Positions 38,079 through 50,184 of a stretch of DNA of 64,000 nt are shown here, piece after piece; the first letter of the stretch is position 1, and every line of letters begins with the position of its first letter. The notes under the pieces were generated by a model, which was given only the letters and a program-made list of their open reading frames with translations, did not search any database and was not told the DNA's origin. Source of the DNA: Octopus sinensis. Lineage: Eukaryota. The position numbers were made by a program, and so were the translations under genes. The stretch is from the NCBI RefSeq assembly GCF_006345805.1, contig NC_043023.1, positions 20,460,001-20,524,000 of the forward strand. Direction: 5' to 3'.

Positions 38079-38440
38079 CTAGGGCAGCGGACTCGCAGTC
38101 GTAGGATCTCGGTTTCGATTCCCAGACCGGGCGTTGTGAGTGTTTATTGAGCGAAAACACCTAAAGCTCCACGAGGTTCCGGCAGGGGGGTGGTGGTGAT
38201 CCCTGCTGTACTCTTTCACCACAACTTTCTCTCACTCTTACTTCCTGTTTCTGTTGTACCTGTATTTCAAACGGCCGGCCTTGTCACTCTCTGTGTCACG
38301 CTGAATATCCCCGAGAACTACGTTAAGGGTACACGTGTCTGTGGAGTGCTCAGCCACTTACACGTTAATTTCACGAGCAGGCTGTTCCGTTGATTCGGAT
38401 CAACCGGAACCCTCGTCGTCGTAACCGACGGAGTGCTTCC
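38079..38440 (+). mobile_element. SINE family B copy
   Basis: Match to the consensus, 5' end clipped. Confidence 0.85.
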
Positions 38441-38630
38441 AAAAATATACCAGCCTCCCCTCCTTTCCACACCATCGATGTTATCCAAGGGAAGGGCAAA
38501 GGGACCGATAGAGCTTGGCCCTTGTGATGTCACAACTCATTTGGAGCAACGTGAAATAAAGTGTCTTGCTCAAGAACACAACACAGCCCGGTCTGGGAAT
38601 CGAACTCACAACCTTGTGATTCCTACTGAC

Positions 38631-39021
38631 CTGTATCTCTTCAAGAAGTTCCTGGTCTTTATTCTCTGTGAACTGCATCCCAATACCGCAAACACCAACG
38701 CCAATCTGCTGGGTTGCATCCGCTGCATGTCTGGTGCAGGCGCTGCACATACCATGCTTGTTACAGCAGCGGTGGTGGGGGTGGTGTCCGTCAGCGATGT
38801 CCTTCGTCGCTGTTGCGATGACGCTGGATGCTGTGGCAGTCCTCCTCTGCGTCGCTGCCACGTGGTGGCAATGATGCTTGGACCATTCCTGCAGCTTGTC
38901 CAAGTGCTGCAGCAGTTCGTCCTTCTCGGCCATCCACTCGCGCTCGTTGGTGCGCTGCGTGTAGCGCTGCTGCAGAAACTGCTTGGTGGTGTCGTACAAG
39001 AGTTCCTGCGTCTTCTGCACT
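38631..39021 (-). CDS. CCDC77: CCDC77 exon e (VQKTQELLYDTTKQFLQ...EKDELL...His/Cys-rich segment...LLEEIQ)
   Basis: CAG acceptor, GTCAGT donor, 391 nt, phase 2/0 consistent with both neighbours. Motif 'TQELLY..TK.FLQ.R......WM.EKD.L'. Confidence 0.85.
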
Positions 39022-39397
39022 CTGCACACAAAAAGACAAAGACAATAAAGGTAATAATAATAACAACAACAACATTAATAACAATAATAATAAAAACAAT
39101 AACAATGGTAATAATAATATTAATTAATTCTTTTTATTGGCCACAAGGGCTGACACACATGATTAGAAAACATAAAGGGAGAAAACAGGATGAAAGGTTA
39201 CAAAGGATTTTGTCCGTTTGTTAAAATATTGTGTAAAAACTGTTTAACAAGGAAAGATTATAACAATGAAAAAAACTCCCAATAGGGGGAGGTGTTACGA
39301 AAGGTTCCTGGTGGAAAAAACCCATAAAAGCCAACGGTAGCCTGGTCAAAAAAGGGGGATAGAGAGCCCCTTTCTCCTTTTGTAATACCTTTTTAAA

Positions 39398-42300
39398 TCA
39401 CAGGTGTATCCTCAGAATGGGTCCTTTCACACTGGCCATTCTTGCACAATTCATCCACCTTTCAGTAAACTTGCCATCGGACAACACTCTCCTCTCTAAC
39501 CTCATCTTCCTTTTCAAGTGAAACTTGAAAAAGTTGATGAGGCCTTGACCAAAGAGGAAAGTGTCTGACTTTAGCCCTTTCAAACGGGTCTACCATACAA
39601 CCTCTTTCGCCACACCCACTAGGCAAAGGAAAATGGCCTTGCCCTCCTTGTTAAAGGAGGTCAGCAGGGCAATCTTCACTATGGATTCAGCTGATAGCCG
39701 GATCCGTCCTATACGTGACAGTAGGTGTTCGACATAAGCCCATAGTTCAGCAATACTCAGGCACTGGACGAGTGCGTGCAGAACGGTTTCGTTGTCCTGG
39801 CAACACTCCGGGTATGCCCGGCTGACGGCACTTCCGTGCCGGTAGAGTTTATCCCGAACAGGCAGAGCCCCTCGGTAGAACTGCCAGGCGAGTGACCTCT
39901 GGAAATTATCCATTGGCCCCAGCCCGAAAGTCCTTCCGAACAGACCGCTCAGTTTGTTATCGCTAACGCCTAGAGTTTCCCCGAGAACATCGTCGCATTT
40001 TTCCTCCACTAACCCTCTATAGAATGCTAGAGTGGAGCTGTAACCGATCGCATTGCCCGCCTGGCGGAGGGCGGAGAGAGCTTGACGGCACTCGAGGTGC
40101 CAAGCGCCCTTTCTCGGTCTACGTTTGATCCAGGTCTGAAGCTCTGTCAAAGAGACAAGCTGCGGAAAATCGCGTCTGACAAAAGACGACCACACCTGTT
40201 CACCGTCTAGGAAACGCTTGAGATGTCGCAGCCTGAGCGCATGTCTGCGCATCAGTAACCACGGCATTCCAAGGCCTCCGTTCGGCGGTCGTTGACAGCA
40301 GATGAATCGCCTGACCAGTGGCACCTGACCCTTCCACAAAAAGTCGAAGAGCAGGCGTACCAGCTTGGCCAACCAGCGGTCGGGACAAGGGACGACGGTC
40401 AAGCGGTAATAGATGACGGATGCGATGTACGCATTCGCCACCTCCGCTCGACCTTTCAGGGACAGCTTCCTCTCGGCCCATTTCTGGGTGAGACGTGCCA
40501 CCCTGCTCGTCACCTCTTCCTAGTTTTTATCCACCTGGAGGTCCGGACTGAACCAGACCCCGAGCAGTTTAACGGGTCTGTCTGTCCAGCGCCCTACGAT
40601 GCTGTTGGACGGCATGGGCTTGCCTCTCCAGGTGCCCAGTTGCAAGCCCACAGACTTTTCCACGTTAATCTTTGCCCCTGTCACCGCTTCGTACTCGTTT
40701 AGTGTCTCGCCACCAGTGACGTCGTCGGCATAGGCAGACACGCTGTTTCCCCCTCCTAGATCGTGCGGGATACCCTCAAAGCCTCCAACTTGCGCAGTAA
40801 TGGCTCAAGAGTCAATATGTACAAGAGGGAGGAGAGAGGGCATCCTTGGCGGACCGAACACAAGATGTCGAACGGTTCCAAAAGGTGACCGTTCACCCGT
40901 ATCACCGAGCAGATGTTGCTGTATAAAGCAGCTATCCACCCGTGGAAGACTGGACCGAAACTGGCTGCCTTGAGAACAGCTGCAAGGTATCGATGGTCGA
41001 CCCTATCGAAGGCTTTACTCTGATCTAAGTTGATCAAAGCCCCACCCGCGCCAGCGTCGTTACCCACCCTCTCTATGATGTAGCGCATGAGATGGAGGTT
41101 GTCGTGTATCGACCTGGTCGGCACGGCGCATGTCTGCGTCCCGCCGACCAGCTTGTCCACGACAAGCGCCAATCTCTTGGCTAGCACCTTGGCCAAAATC
41201 TTCAACTCTGCATTGAGCAGAGTGATGGGCTGAAAATTCCCTATAACGTCCCCCTTGTTTGGGTCCTTTTTTAGCAAAGCCACCACCCCTCGACAGACAA
41301 AAGCAAGAATTCTCCCGTTTTGTTGCCAGTTGCAGTAGACGTTTGCCAACAGGCCCGCAAACAAGTCTGGCATTGAAATGTAAAGCTCGTAGGGCAGACC
41401 ATCCAAACCCGGCGATCTACCTCTCGTGCAGCTTTCCATCGCTCCTTCCACTTCCCAGGCAGATATCAGTCTTTCACAGCACCCTGCCTCGCTGTCCGAG
41501 AGTTGCAGTAGGCCGTCCAGGTACACACCGAAATCTATCCCGTTGTTTGTCCCACCATTTGTCCCAAACAGTTGAGCAACGTGCCGCTGAAACACCGCAC
41601 ACATCTGCTTCAGTTCGGAAACCTTGTGCCCGTTCTGGTCCATGAAAGATCGAACGGTCGCTTTGTTGCCACGCGGGCCCATCGAGCAGCTCTAGTCCCC
41701 TCCCCGCTTAGCGAACGCGCCTTAGCTCTGACAATGCATGGCGTCAAAGTGTTGGTCGAGGGCCAACCTTGCTGCCAACACGTCGGTTGCGATGCCTGCC
41801 TCAAGAGCCTCGTCTAGTTTCTTAACTAAATCCCACTCTGTTTTTCTACGTTCTACAGCTAGAGCCTAACTAAACCTAATCGACTCTACTCTAATTGCTC
41901 TCTTGAGGGCAAACCACCAGTTGTTGTTGATGATTGCCCCCGTGAGCGCCCGCTTAACTAGTAAACTAATCCGGTCTCTGTAAGCTTTGCGCGCCGTTAA
42001 CAACGCGTTCAGCTTCCAGTAGCCGGGTCCCTGTCTATGTAGCCTATCTAAGTCGACCGTACAGATCACGAATTTGTGATCCGTGTAGTCGACTAGGTGG
42101 ATTTGTGGACACCCTACGCTGTCCTTATCCGCTGGCCTACAAAACACTCTAAGTACGATCTAGACGACCCGATGCGATTGGTCCAAGTCCACATTAGCAC
42201 ATTCGGGTTGTCTAGTCGAAACCTGTCGGACAGCTGAAAGCGGCCAAGTAGGTTGGCGAGGCTCTTGCACCCTCCCCCTCTCCTATCAGACGCTCCCCTG

Positions 42301-42747
42301 CCCACCTGATCGAAACGTTCGTCTAAGACAGCGTTCCAATCCCCAACTAGCACTAGAGTGCGTGACGTTCCCAGGAAAACTTCCAGACGTTTGAAATAAT
42401 CCGACTGCCCTGCTCCTGTTGGAGCGTAGGCAGCCAGCAGTCTGAAAACACCGCCGTCTCTACCGTCTACGTCGAGGACCACCAACTTACCTTCCGGATC
42501 CAGAAAGACTGTCCTTATTTTCAAATCCAGGCCCTTCCGAAACAACACCGCAGTACCACCACCGCCCGCTCCCGGCCAACACGAAGATAGAAAAATCTCG
42601 TATCCACCAAAAAGGGCTGCGAATTCCTGCGGGTCGGAGAGCCTGGTTTCACTGATGGCTGCTACATCCACATCATGAAACCTCAGGTCATTTAACAGGT
42701 GACCCGAGGCCTCTCACATTTAAGCAACCCATTCTGAGTTCAGCCAT
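39398..42747 (-). pseudogene. LINE ORF2 (APE endonuclease + reverse transcriptase + zf-RVT-like C-terminus), frameshifted
   Basis: MAELRMGCLNVRGL and DVAAISETR (APE), LVGDWNAVLD, SPGLDGLPYELY, LINLDQSKAFDRVDH, VRQGCPLSSLLY, AYADDV (RT), C..C....ETVLHALVQC. TAG at 39590-39592 interrupts a frame that continues to TGA at 39398. Confidence 0.9.
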
Positions 42748-43319
42748 GTTTTTTTAAAAAGGTTTAGAAGGAGAAAAAGGCTCTACTTACTGTTGTTTGG
42801 TGGGGGTGGCTCCCTTGTGCTTTTGCACGGGTGTTTCCATCAGGTTTTTTGAAGAGTTTTCTGGAGAAATTTCTCCCTAACGACCCGACATCGTTAGGGA
42901 ATTTCTCCTTGATTTCATTATATTTTTCTTCATTTATTTTTTATGGTGAGAATGTGTGCTGGTGTTGTGTTGTGCGTTGGTATAATGAAATCAGTAATTT
43001 TAGTACCTGTATTTTGTTTCAGGTGTGTGTGACAAGTTGTTCATGTTTCGTGTTTATAGCTGTGTGGCCGTTTGCCAGCCTCGCCTGGCACCTGTGCTGG
43101 CGGCACGTAAAAAGCACCCACTACACTCACGGAGTGGTTGGCGTTAGGAAGGGCATCAAGCCGTAGAAACATTGCCAGATCAGACTGGAGCCTGGTGCAG
43201 CCTCCTGGCTTCCCAGTCCCCAGTTGAACCGTCCAACCCATGCTAGCATGGAAAGCGGACGTTAAACGATGATGATGATGATCCTATTTAACTAATAATC
43301 TGACCCCATATTGTTTTAA

Positions 43320-43539
43320 CCCTTTAGTGTTTAAACCGGCCATATCTGGCCCAAATATTCTATATGTTTTATAATCAAACTGGGAATATCTGGCCCCTCA
43401 AACCTAACCTACATTGACATTCAAAAAATAAACAATCACATCATTGAAACCTCAAAGCTACAAGATAATGCATGATTAATTCAAAACAATTTGAGTGAAA
43501 AAGTATTACATTTAACAGAGTAATCTGAACACTAAAGGG
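43320..43539. mobile_element. piggyBac-type MITE of a second family (220 bp)
   Basis: TTAA TSDs at 43316-43319 and 43540-43543, 12-bp TIR CCCTTTAGTGTT. The empty paralogous site is visible at 37360-37380. Confidence 0.88.
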
Positions 43540-44079
43540 TTAAAACAGGCCTAATGGATGAGTTTAAATGAATTGGCCAATTGGAAATAGATCATGAATT
43601 AAAGGGTCCGCTCCCTAACCCCCAATATATTTTTAAGTATTTAATACGCTACCCATTAGGTCAGTCTGTTTGTGTTGGTGTGTGTAGCAGTAATGGTGGC
43701 GAAAGTGTTGTTGTTTGTTGTTGTTGTGAGTGCATGTAGTTGTTGTTGCTGTTGGGAAGCTCTATTTGTTCGTGCCTCCCCTGTGTTTTCTGTGTCTTTT
43801 TTGTTTATTGCGTCTTTTCTTTTTCGGTGGCACCATGTGCCACTCCCCTTTCTCACTATCAGTGCTCGCACAATCCGAGCTGACCTGATCTGGAAAGGGG
43901 ACATTTATCGGGTCCGTTTCCACAATTTATCGAAAATCAGTAATATTTGTAGGAAACGGTGCTGTTGCTGTAATTGTTGGTGTTGGTTTGGTGGTGGCCG
44001 GAGTTGGTGTCGCTCTTCGTGGAGGTGGTGATGGTAGTGTGGCAATTTTCGGTGTTTCAAGCTGGTTTTTTTTTTGTTG

Positions 44080-45127
44080 TTATAATGTCTTCTTTTTCTC
44101 TGCCTCCATTCTTTGTTTAAAAATGGGGCAGTCTTTCTTCAAATGTTTTTCGCTGCTGCAGAGGTAGCATTTTGGCCTCTGCCCTTCTACAGCAACGTGC
44201 AATCTGGTGCCGTCCGGCAAATTTACCGAATCAGATATGGAATTTATGTTTTCCTGCTGGATTTGTGCCAGCAGCTGTACTCCCATACCTGACCAGTTCT
44301 TCTCCCTTAATCTGCGTACATCCAGAATAGTGGCAGTGTCCTCTATGTCATAGAGGACAGCTGCCACCCGCCAAGATATATCCAGCTCGGGTGGCACCTG
44401 GTCAATTTTGATTTTCGTTACTTGCCGACCAAGGTAAGTCGGCAGGAGTAACAAATTATCTGTTTGTAATGTTTGGATGGCATGCTTTTTTCTGTTGGGA
44501 AGCAAACTTCTACAGTTCCAAACCGCTTTCATTAGTTACACAGCTCTTTTGGCCCCATATAGGCTTTAGAGCTATTTCTTGTTATTGTGGTGCGGCATTG
44601 TGTAATTTTTGTTACTTGCTGACCAAGGTATGTCGGTACAAGCAACAAACTTTCTGTCTGCAAGGGTGAAATGGCATGCGCCCTTGCATCCTCCTCTGTT
44701 GGGCAACGAACCTCCACAGTTCCAAAACGCCTCCCTCTGGTGACATAGCTCTTTTTTCCCCATATGGGCTTCAGAGCTATTTCCAGTTGTTGGGGTGTTG
44801 CGTTAATTAGTCTTTTGTTTTTCTTGTCGAAAACCTTGTAAAGTATTGTTTTCTTGTTTGTGTCATGTATGAGTTGTTGAGGTGTATTGAGGAAAACACT
44901 GTTCCCCTCTTTTCTCAACAACTCCATTGCATTTTTTATTTCCTCCATCGTAACGTTTACTTCCTCCGAGCTTTGTTTTGCAGCGGAGGCGAAATTGCTA
45001 CGATGGCTTGTTGTGTTGTTGCTGGTGGTGGTGTCGTTGCTGGTCATCATTTTCTTTCCCTCCTTCTCCGGTACTGGAGCACTGGTAGAGGGAAGAGCAG
45101 GAAAATCTTCAATGACGTCAAAAGTGA
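44080..45127 (-). pseudogene. LINE ORF1 remnant with zinc knuckle (KCYLCSSEKHLKKDCP)
   Basis: Cx2Cx4Hx4C motif preceded by 'LHVAVEGQRP', typical of Tx1/L1 ORF1. Broken across ORF-track entries 44532..45215 and 44080..44532. Confidence 0.8.
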
Positions 45128-45204
45128 TCAACAATAACAATAACAATAATAATAACAATAACAATAACAATAATAATAATAATAATGATAATAATAATAA
45201 TATT

Positions 45205-45639
45205 AATGGTATCAAATTTTGCTACAATGGCAGCCATTTTGGGGGAAGGGATGAGTTGATTACATCGACCCCAGTATGCAACTGGTACTTAATTTATTGA
45301 GACACCCCACCCCCGCCAAAAGGTTGAAGGCAAGGTTGACCTCGGTGGAATTTGAACTCAGAATGTAGCGACAGACAAAATATTGCTAAGCATTTTCCCT
45401 GGCATGTTAACAATTCCGTCAGATCGCCACCGTAATAATAACCCTTTCTGCTAAAAGCACAGGGCCTGGAATTTTGGAGGTGGGGGCCAGTTGATTATGT
45501 CAATCCCAGTACGAAACTGGTACTTAATTTATTGATCCCGAAAGGATGAAAGAAAAAGTCGACTTCAGAACACAGCGACGGATGAAAAGCTCTTATGCAT
45601 TTCTCCCGGTGTGCTAACCATTCTGCCAGCTCACCACCT

Positions 45640-45673
<34 letters not shown>

Positions 45674-46190
45674 TGGTTTCAAATTTTGCCACAAGGGTAG
45701 GCATTTGGGGTGAGAGGATAAATCAATTACACTGACCAATAATAATAATAATAATAATCCTTTCTACAAATGGAACAAGACCTGAAATTTGTGGGGAGGG
45801 GACACGTCTTTTGTATCAACCTGTGTTTCACTGGTGCTTAATTTAATGACCCCTGAAAGGACGAAAGGCAAAGTTGACCTCAGCAAAATTTGAACTCAGA
45901 ATATAGTGACAGGTGAATTTTGTCCAGCACGTTAACGATTCTGCCAGGTGACCACCTTAATAATAATAATAATAATTCTGTCTTCTGGAAGCACAAGACC
46001 TCGAATTTCGAGGAAGGGATTGAGTCGATTACATCGCCTCCAGTATGCAACTGGTACTTATTTAATCGCCCTTGAAAGGATGAAAGGCAAAAATCGACCC
46101 CAGCAGAATTTGAACTCAGAACATAGCAACAGGCAAATACCGGTAAGCATTGTGTCCAACATGCTAACGATTCTGCCAGCTCACTGCCTT
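45205..46190 (-). mobile_element. Chain of degenerate SINE family C copies separated by (AAT)n
   Basis: At least four partial units with TTTGAACTCAGAA and TGCCAGCTCACC motifs. Confidence 0.7.
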
Positions 46191-46344
46191 AATAATGATA
46201 ATAATGATAACGAGGGAGAAAATGTAACGATTCTTTGAGACTTTCCAGTACAAATGGACAGAACCATCAAAGTTAATAAACCAGATTTTGTTGTGAAAGA
46301 CCAAAAACAATATTGGGAGACATGAATAATTCCTTGTGATCATA

Positions 46345-46738
46345 GACGCAGGAGTGGCCGTGTGGTAAATAGCTTGCTAACGAACCACATGGTTCCGGGT
46401 TCAGTCCCATTATGTGGCACCTTGGGCAAGTGTCTTCTGCTATAGCCCCGGGCCGACCAATGCCTTGTGAGTGGATTTGGTAGACGGAAACTGAAAGAAG
46501 CCTGTCATATATATGTATGTGTATATGTTTGTGTGTCTGTGTCTGTCCCCCTAGCATTGCTTGACAACCGATGCTGGTGTGTTTACGTCCCCGTCACTTA
46601 GCGGTTCGGCAAAAGAGACCGATAGAATAAGTACTGGCCTTACAAAAAGAATAAGTCCCGGGGTGGATTTGCTCGACTAAAAGCGGTGCTCCAGCATGGC
46701 CGCAGTCAAATGACTGAAACAAGTAAAAGAGAAAAGAG
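46345..46738 (+). mobile_element. SINE family A copy
   Basis: Full-length match. Confidence 0.85.
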
Positions 46739-47096
46739 AACAATATTTCAGAAAAAGAATTTATCAAGCTCAGAAAATATAAAGATTTGATGTTTGAAGT
46801 TGCAAAAAACAAATGTGGCATTTCAAGATGGTTCCAATAGAAGTGATTGTAAGAATAAATGGAAGGAATCAAAGACAGGAACTGAAAATTATTTAAGAAT
46901 GGTCCCTGTCTCATCATCTCATCATCAAGTGCAAAAGATTGTCTTAACTGGTAGGTCATACATATATAATGAGAACAGCTTTGACGATGTAAGAATGATT
47001 GCAACCCATGAATGAATAAAAATTTTTTTTTTTTTTCACATAACTTCATTTCATTTTGAAAATGAAGAATCTGGTGTTTGGTTTGACCCTTTTGAT

Positions 47097-47311
47097 ACCA
47101 ACCTGGCTGAAACCACCTCTGGCTCTCTGTAGTACAAATGTCTTGTTTTTCATAAGTTTTGAATTAAAATCTTCCACCAAACCTTAGTCACAATTTATGT
47201 CCCTAACACTAGCTTAAGGATAACTAAGTTATTTTACTAAATTCTTTGTTATATTTAAAATTAATTGAAAGAAACACAGAACATCTCAACAGAAATACAG
47301 TAAAGGAAGGG
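47097..47311. mobile_element. piggyBac-type MITE, reverse orientation relative to 20110
   Basis: Reverse complement of the 20110-20331 family; ends GTAAAGGAAGGG-TTAA. Confidence 0.75.
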
Positions 47312-47679
47312 TTAATGGCCTATCAATGTATATTGTGAGTTTCTTTGCCCCAGGAGTGAGAAAGACACTCGGCAAAAAATGGAAATAAAATTGAAAGAAA
47401 TAATAGCCATCATGATTTACTGTCTACCTTTCATGCTGGCATGGGTTGGAAGCCTGTCAGGTGTGTGTGTGTTTGTTTTTACATAACATAGTGGTTTGGC
47501 AAAAGAGATTGATAGAATAAGCACCTGGCTTCTCTTGTAGCTTTACATTCTGAGTTTAAATTACGTCAAGGTAGACTTTGCCAGTCATACTTTCAGGTCA
47601 AAATAAGCACAAATTGAGCACCATAGTTGACGTAATTGACTTGCCCCTGTCCCCCAAATTTCAGCCTATAGTTGAAAGG

Positions 47680-47712
<33 letters not shown>

Positions 47713-48209
47713 AAGGCAGTGAGCTGGCAGAATCGTTAACATACCAGGTGAAATGCTCAGCGGTATTTCGTATGTCGTTACGTTCTGAGTTCAAATTCCA
47801 CCAAGGTCAGCTTTCATTTTCATCCCGTCATCATCATCATCATCGTTTAACGTCCGCCTTCCATGCTAGCATGGGTTGGACAGTTCGACCGGGGATCTGG
47901 GAAGCCAGAAGGCTGCACCAGGCTCCGGTCTTATCTGGAAGTGTCTCTACAGCTGGATGCCCTTCCTAACGCCAACCACTCCATGAGTGTAGTGGGTGAT
48001 TTTTACGTGCCACCCGCACAGGTGCCAGGCGAGGCTGGCAACAGCCACGGTCGGATTGGTGCATTTTACGTGCCACCAGCACGGAAGCCAGTCGAGGCGG
48101 CACTGGCTTGGGGCCATTAAATAAAGTACCAGTTAAATACTGGGGCTAACGTAATTGACAAGTCCCCTCCATTAAAATTTCTGGTCTTGTACCTATAGCC
48201 AAAAGGATT

Positions 48210-48243
<34 letters not shown>

Positions 48244-48280
48244 ATAATAATAATAATATTACAAAACAGAGATTCCTTAC

Positions 48281-48509
48281 TTTTCCAGAAGGACTTCGAT
48301 CTTTCTCTCGTCCCTTTTCCGGCGAGCCTCTTCTTCCATCTGTTTCTCATATCTGTCGGCAAAGAGGCTGGCAATATGCTCTTTGGAATTCTTCGTCTGT
48401 TCTTCCAGTTGTGACTGAAGACGTTCAATCTGCATTGACAAAATCTTGTTGTCCTGACGAAGACTTTCACACAAACACTTCGCCTCACACGATTTCTTCT
48501 TTTTCATTC
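48281..48509 (-). CDS. CCDC77: CCDC77 exon d (MKKKKSCEAK...QIERLQSQLEEQTKNSKEHIASLFADR...LLE)
   Basis: TAG acceptor, GTAAGG donor, 229 nt, phase 1/2. Coiled-coil 'LQ.QL.EQTK.S.E.I..L..DR' motif. Confidence 0.9.
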
Positions 48510-48664
48510 CTACAATACAGAAAATATATATGTGCATGTATGGATGTGTGTGTGTATATATATATGTGCCAGTGGCACGTAAAAGGCACCATTCGACTGT
48601 GATCGTTACCAGCGTCGCCTTACTGGCACTCGAGCCCCGTGCTAGTGGGGTGTTAAGAGCACCA

Positions 48665-49648
48665 GTGGAGGCGCAATGGCCCAGTGGTTAGGGCAGCGGA
48701 CTCGCGGTCGTAGGATCGTGGTTTCGATTCCCAGACCGGGCGTTGTGAGTGTTTATTGAGCGAAAACACCTAAAGCTCCACGAGGCTCCGGCAGGGGATG
48801 GTGGTGATCCCTGCTGTACTCTTTCACCACAACTTTCTCTCACTCTTACTTCCTGTTTCTGTTGTACCTGTATTTCAAAGGGCCGGCCTTGTCACTCTCT
48901 GTGTCACGCTGAATATCCCCGAGAACTACGTTAAGGGTACACGTGTCTGTGGAGTGCTCAGCCACTTACACGTTAATTCCACGAGCAGGCTGTTCCGTTG
49001 ATTCGGATCAACCGGAACCCTCGTCGTCGTAACCGACGGGGTGCTTCCATCCATATTGAGCGAAAACACCTAAAGCTCCACGAGGCTCCTGCAGGGGATG
49101 GTGGTGATCCCTGCTGTACTCTTTCACCACAACTTTCTCTCACTCTTACTTCCTGTTTCTGTTGTACCTGTATTTCAAAGGGCCGGCCTTGTCACTCTCT
49201 GTGTCACGCTGAATATCCCCGAGAACTACGTTAAGGGTACACGTGTCTGTGGAGTGCTCAGCCACTTACACGTTAATTCCACGAGCAGGCTGTTCCGTTG
49301 ATTCGGATCAACCGGAACCCTCGTCGTCGTAACCGACGGGGTGCTTCCATCCATATTGAGCGAAAACACCTAAAGCTCCACGAGGCTCCTGCAGGGGATG
49401 GTGGTGATCCCTGCTGTACTCTTTCACCACAACTTTCTCTCACTCTTACTTCCTGTTTCTGTTGTACCTGTATTTCAAAGGGCCGGCCTTGTCACTCTCT
49501 GTGTCACTCTGAATATCCCTGAGAACTACGTTAAGGGTACACGTGTCTGTGGAGTGCTCAGCCACTTACACGTTAATTTCACGATTAGGCTGTTCCGTTG
49601 ATTCGGATCAACCGGAACCCTCATCGTCGTAACCGACGGAGTGCTTCC
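48665..49648 (+). repeat. SINE family B with its body triplicated (exact 300-bp period)
   Basis: Identical ORF-track entries at 48798, 49098 and 49398; junction CTTCCATCCATATTGAGCG. Confidence 0.9.
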
Positions 49649-50184
49649 AAGAGCACCATCCAAGCATGATCGTTGCCAGAGCGGCTATCTGGCCTCCGTG
49701 CCGGTGGCACATAAAAGACACCATTCAAGCGTGATCGTTATCAGCGTCGCCTTACTGGGACCTGTGCCAGTGACATGTGTAAAAGATTCGAGTAAGGTCA
49801 TTGCCAGTACCACCTGACTGGTCCTGTGCCAGTGGCACGTTAAAAGCACCCACTACACTCTTGGAGTGGTTGGCATTCGGAAGGGCATCCAGCTGTAGAA
49901 ACTCTGCCAGATCAAGATTGAGGCCTGGTGCAGCCATCTGGTTCGCCAGCCCTCAGTGAAATTGTCCAACCCATGCCAGCATGGAAAGCGGACGTTAAAC
50001 GATGATAATGATGACGATGATTATATATATATATATATATATATATATAGGAAAGTGAATGAATTATCTTAGTATGGATAATTCGGTTAATCGATACCTG
50101 GGTAGCAAATTCACAGTTGAAGCTATATGCCAAGGGCAGAAATCCCGTGTTTCCGTGTGTAAATTTGTGTTTTTTAACTATGAA

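Larger units (their letters stand above)
39125..45127 (-). mobile_element. Near full-length, disrupted L1/Tx1-clade LINE in the CCDC77 intron between exons d and e
   Basis: ORF1 remnant with a CCHC knuckle, then ORF2 with APE, RT and C-terminal Cys/His domains. 3' UTR has AATAAA (39133-39138) followed by an (ATT/GTT)n tract. Frameshifts, an in-frame stop and a ~590-bp foreign insert at 43060-43650. Confidence 0.9.
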
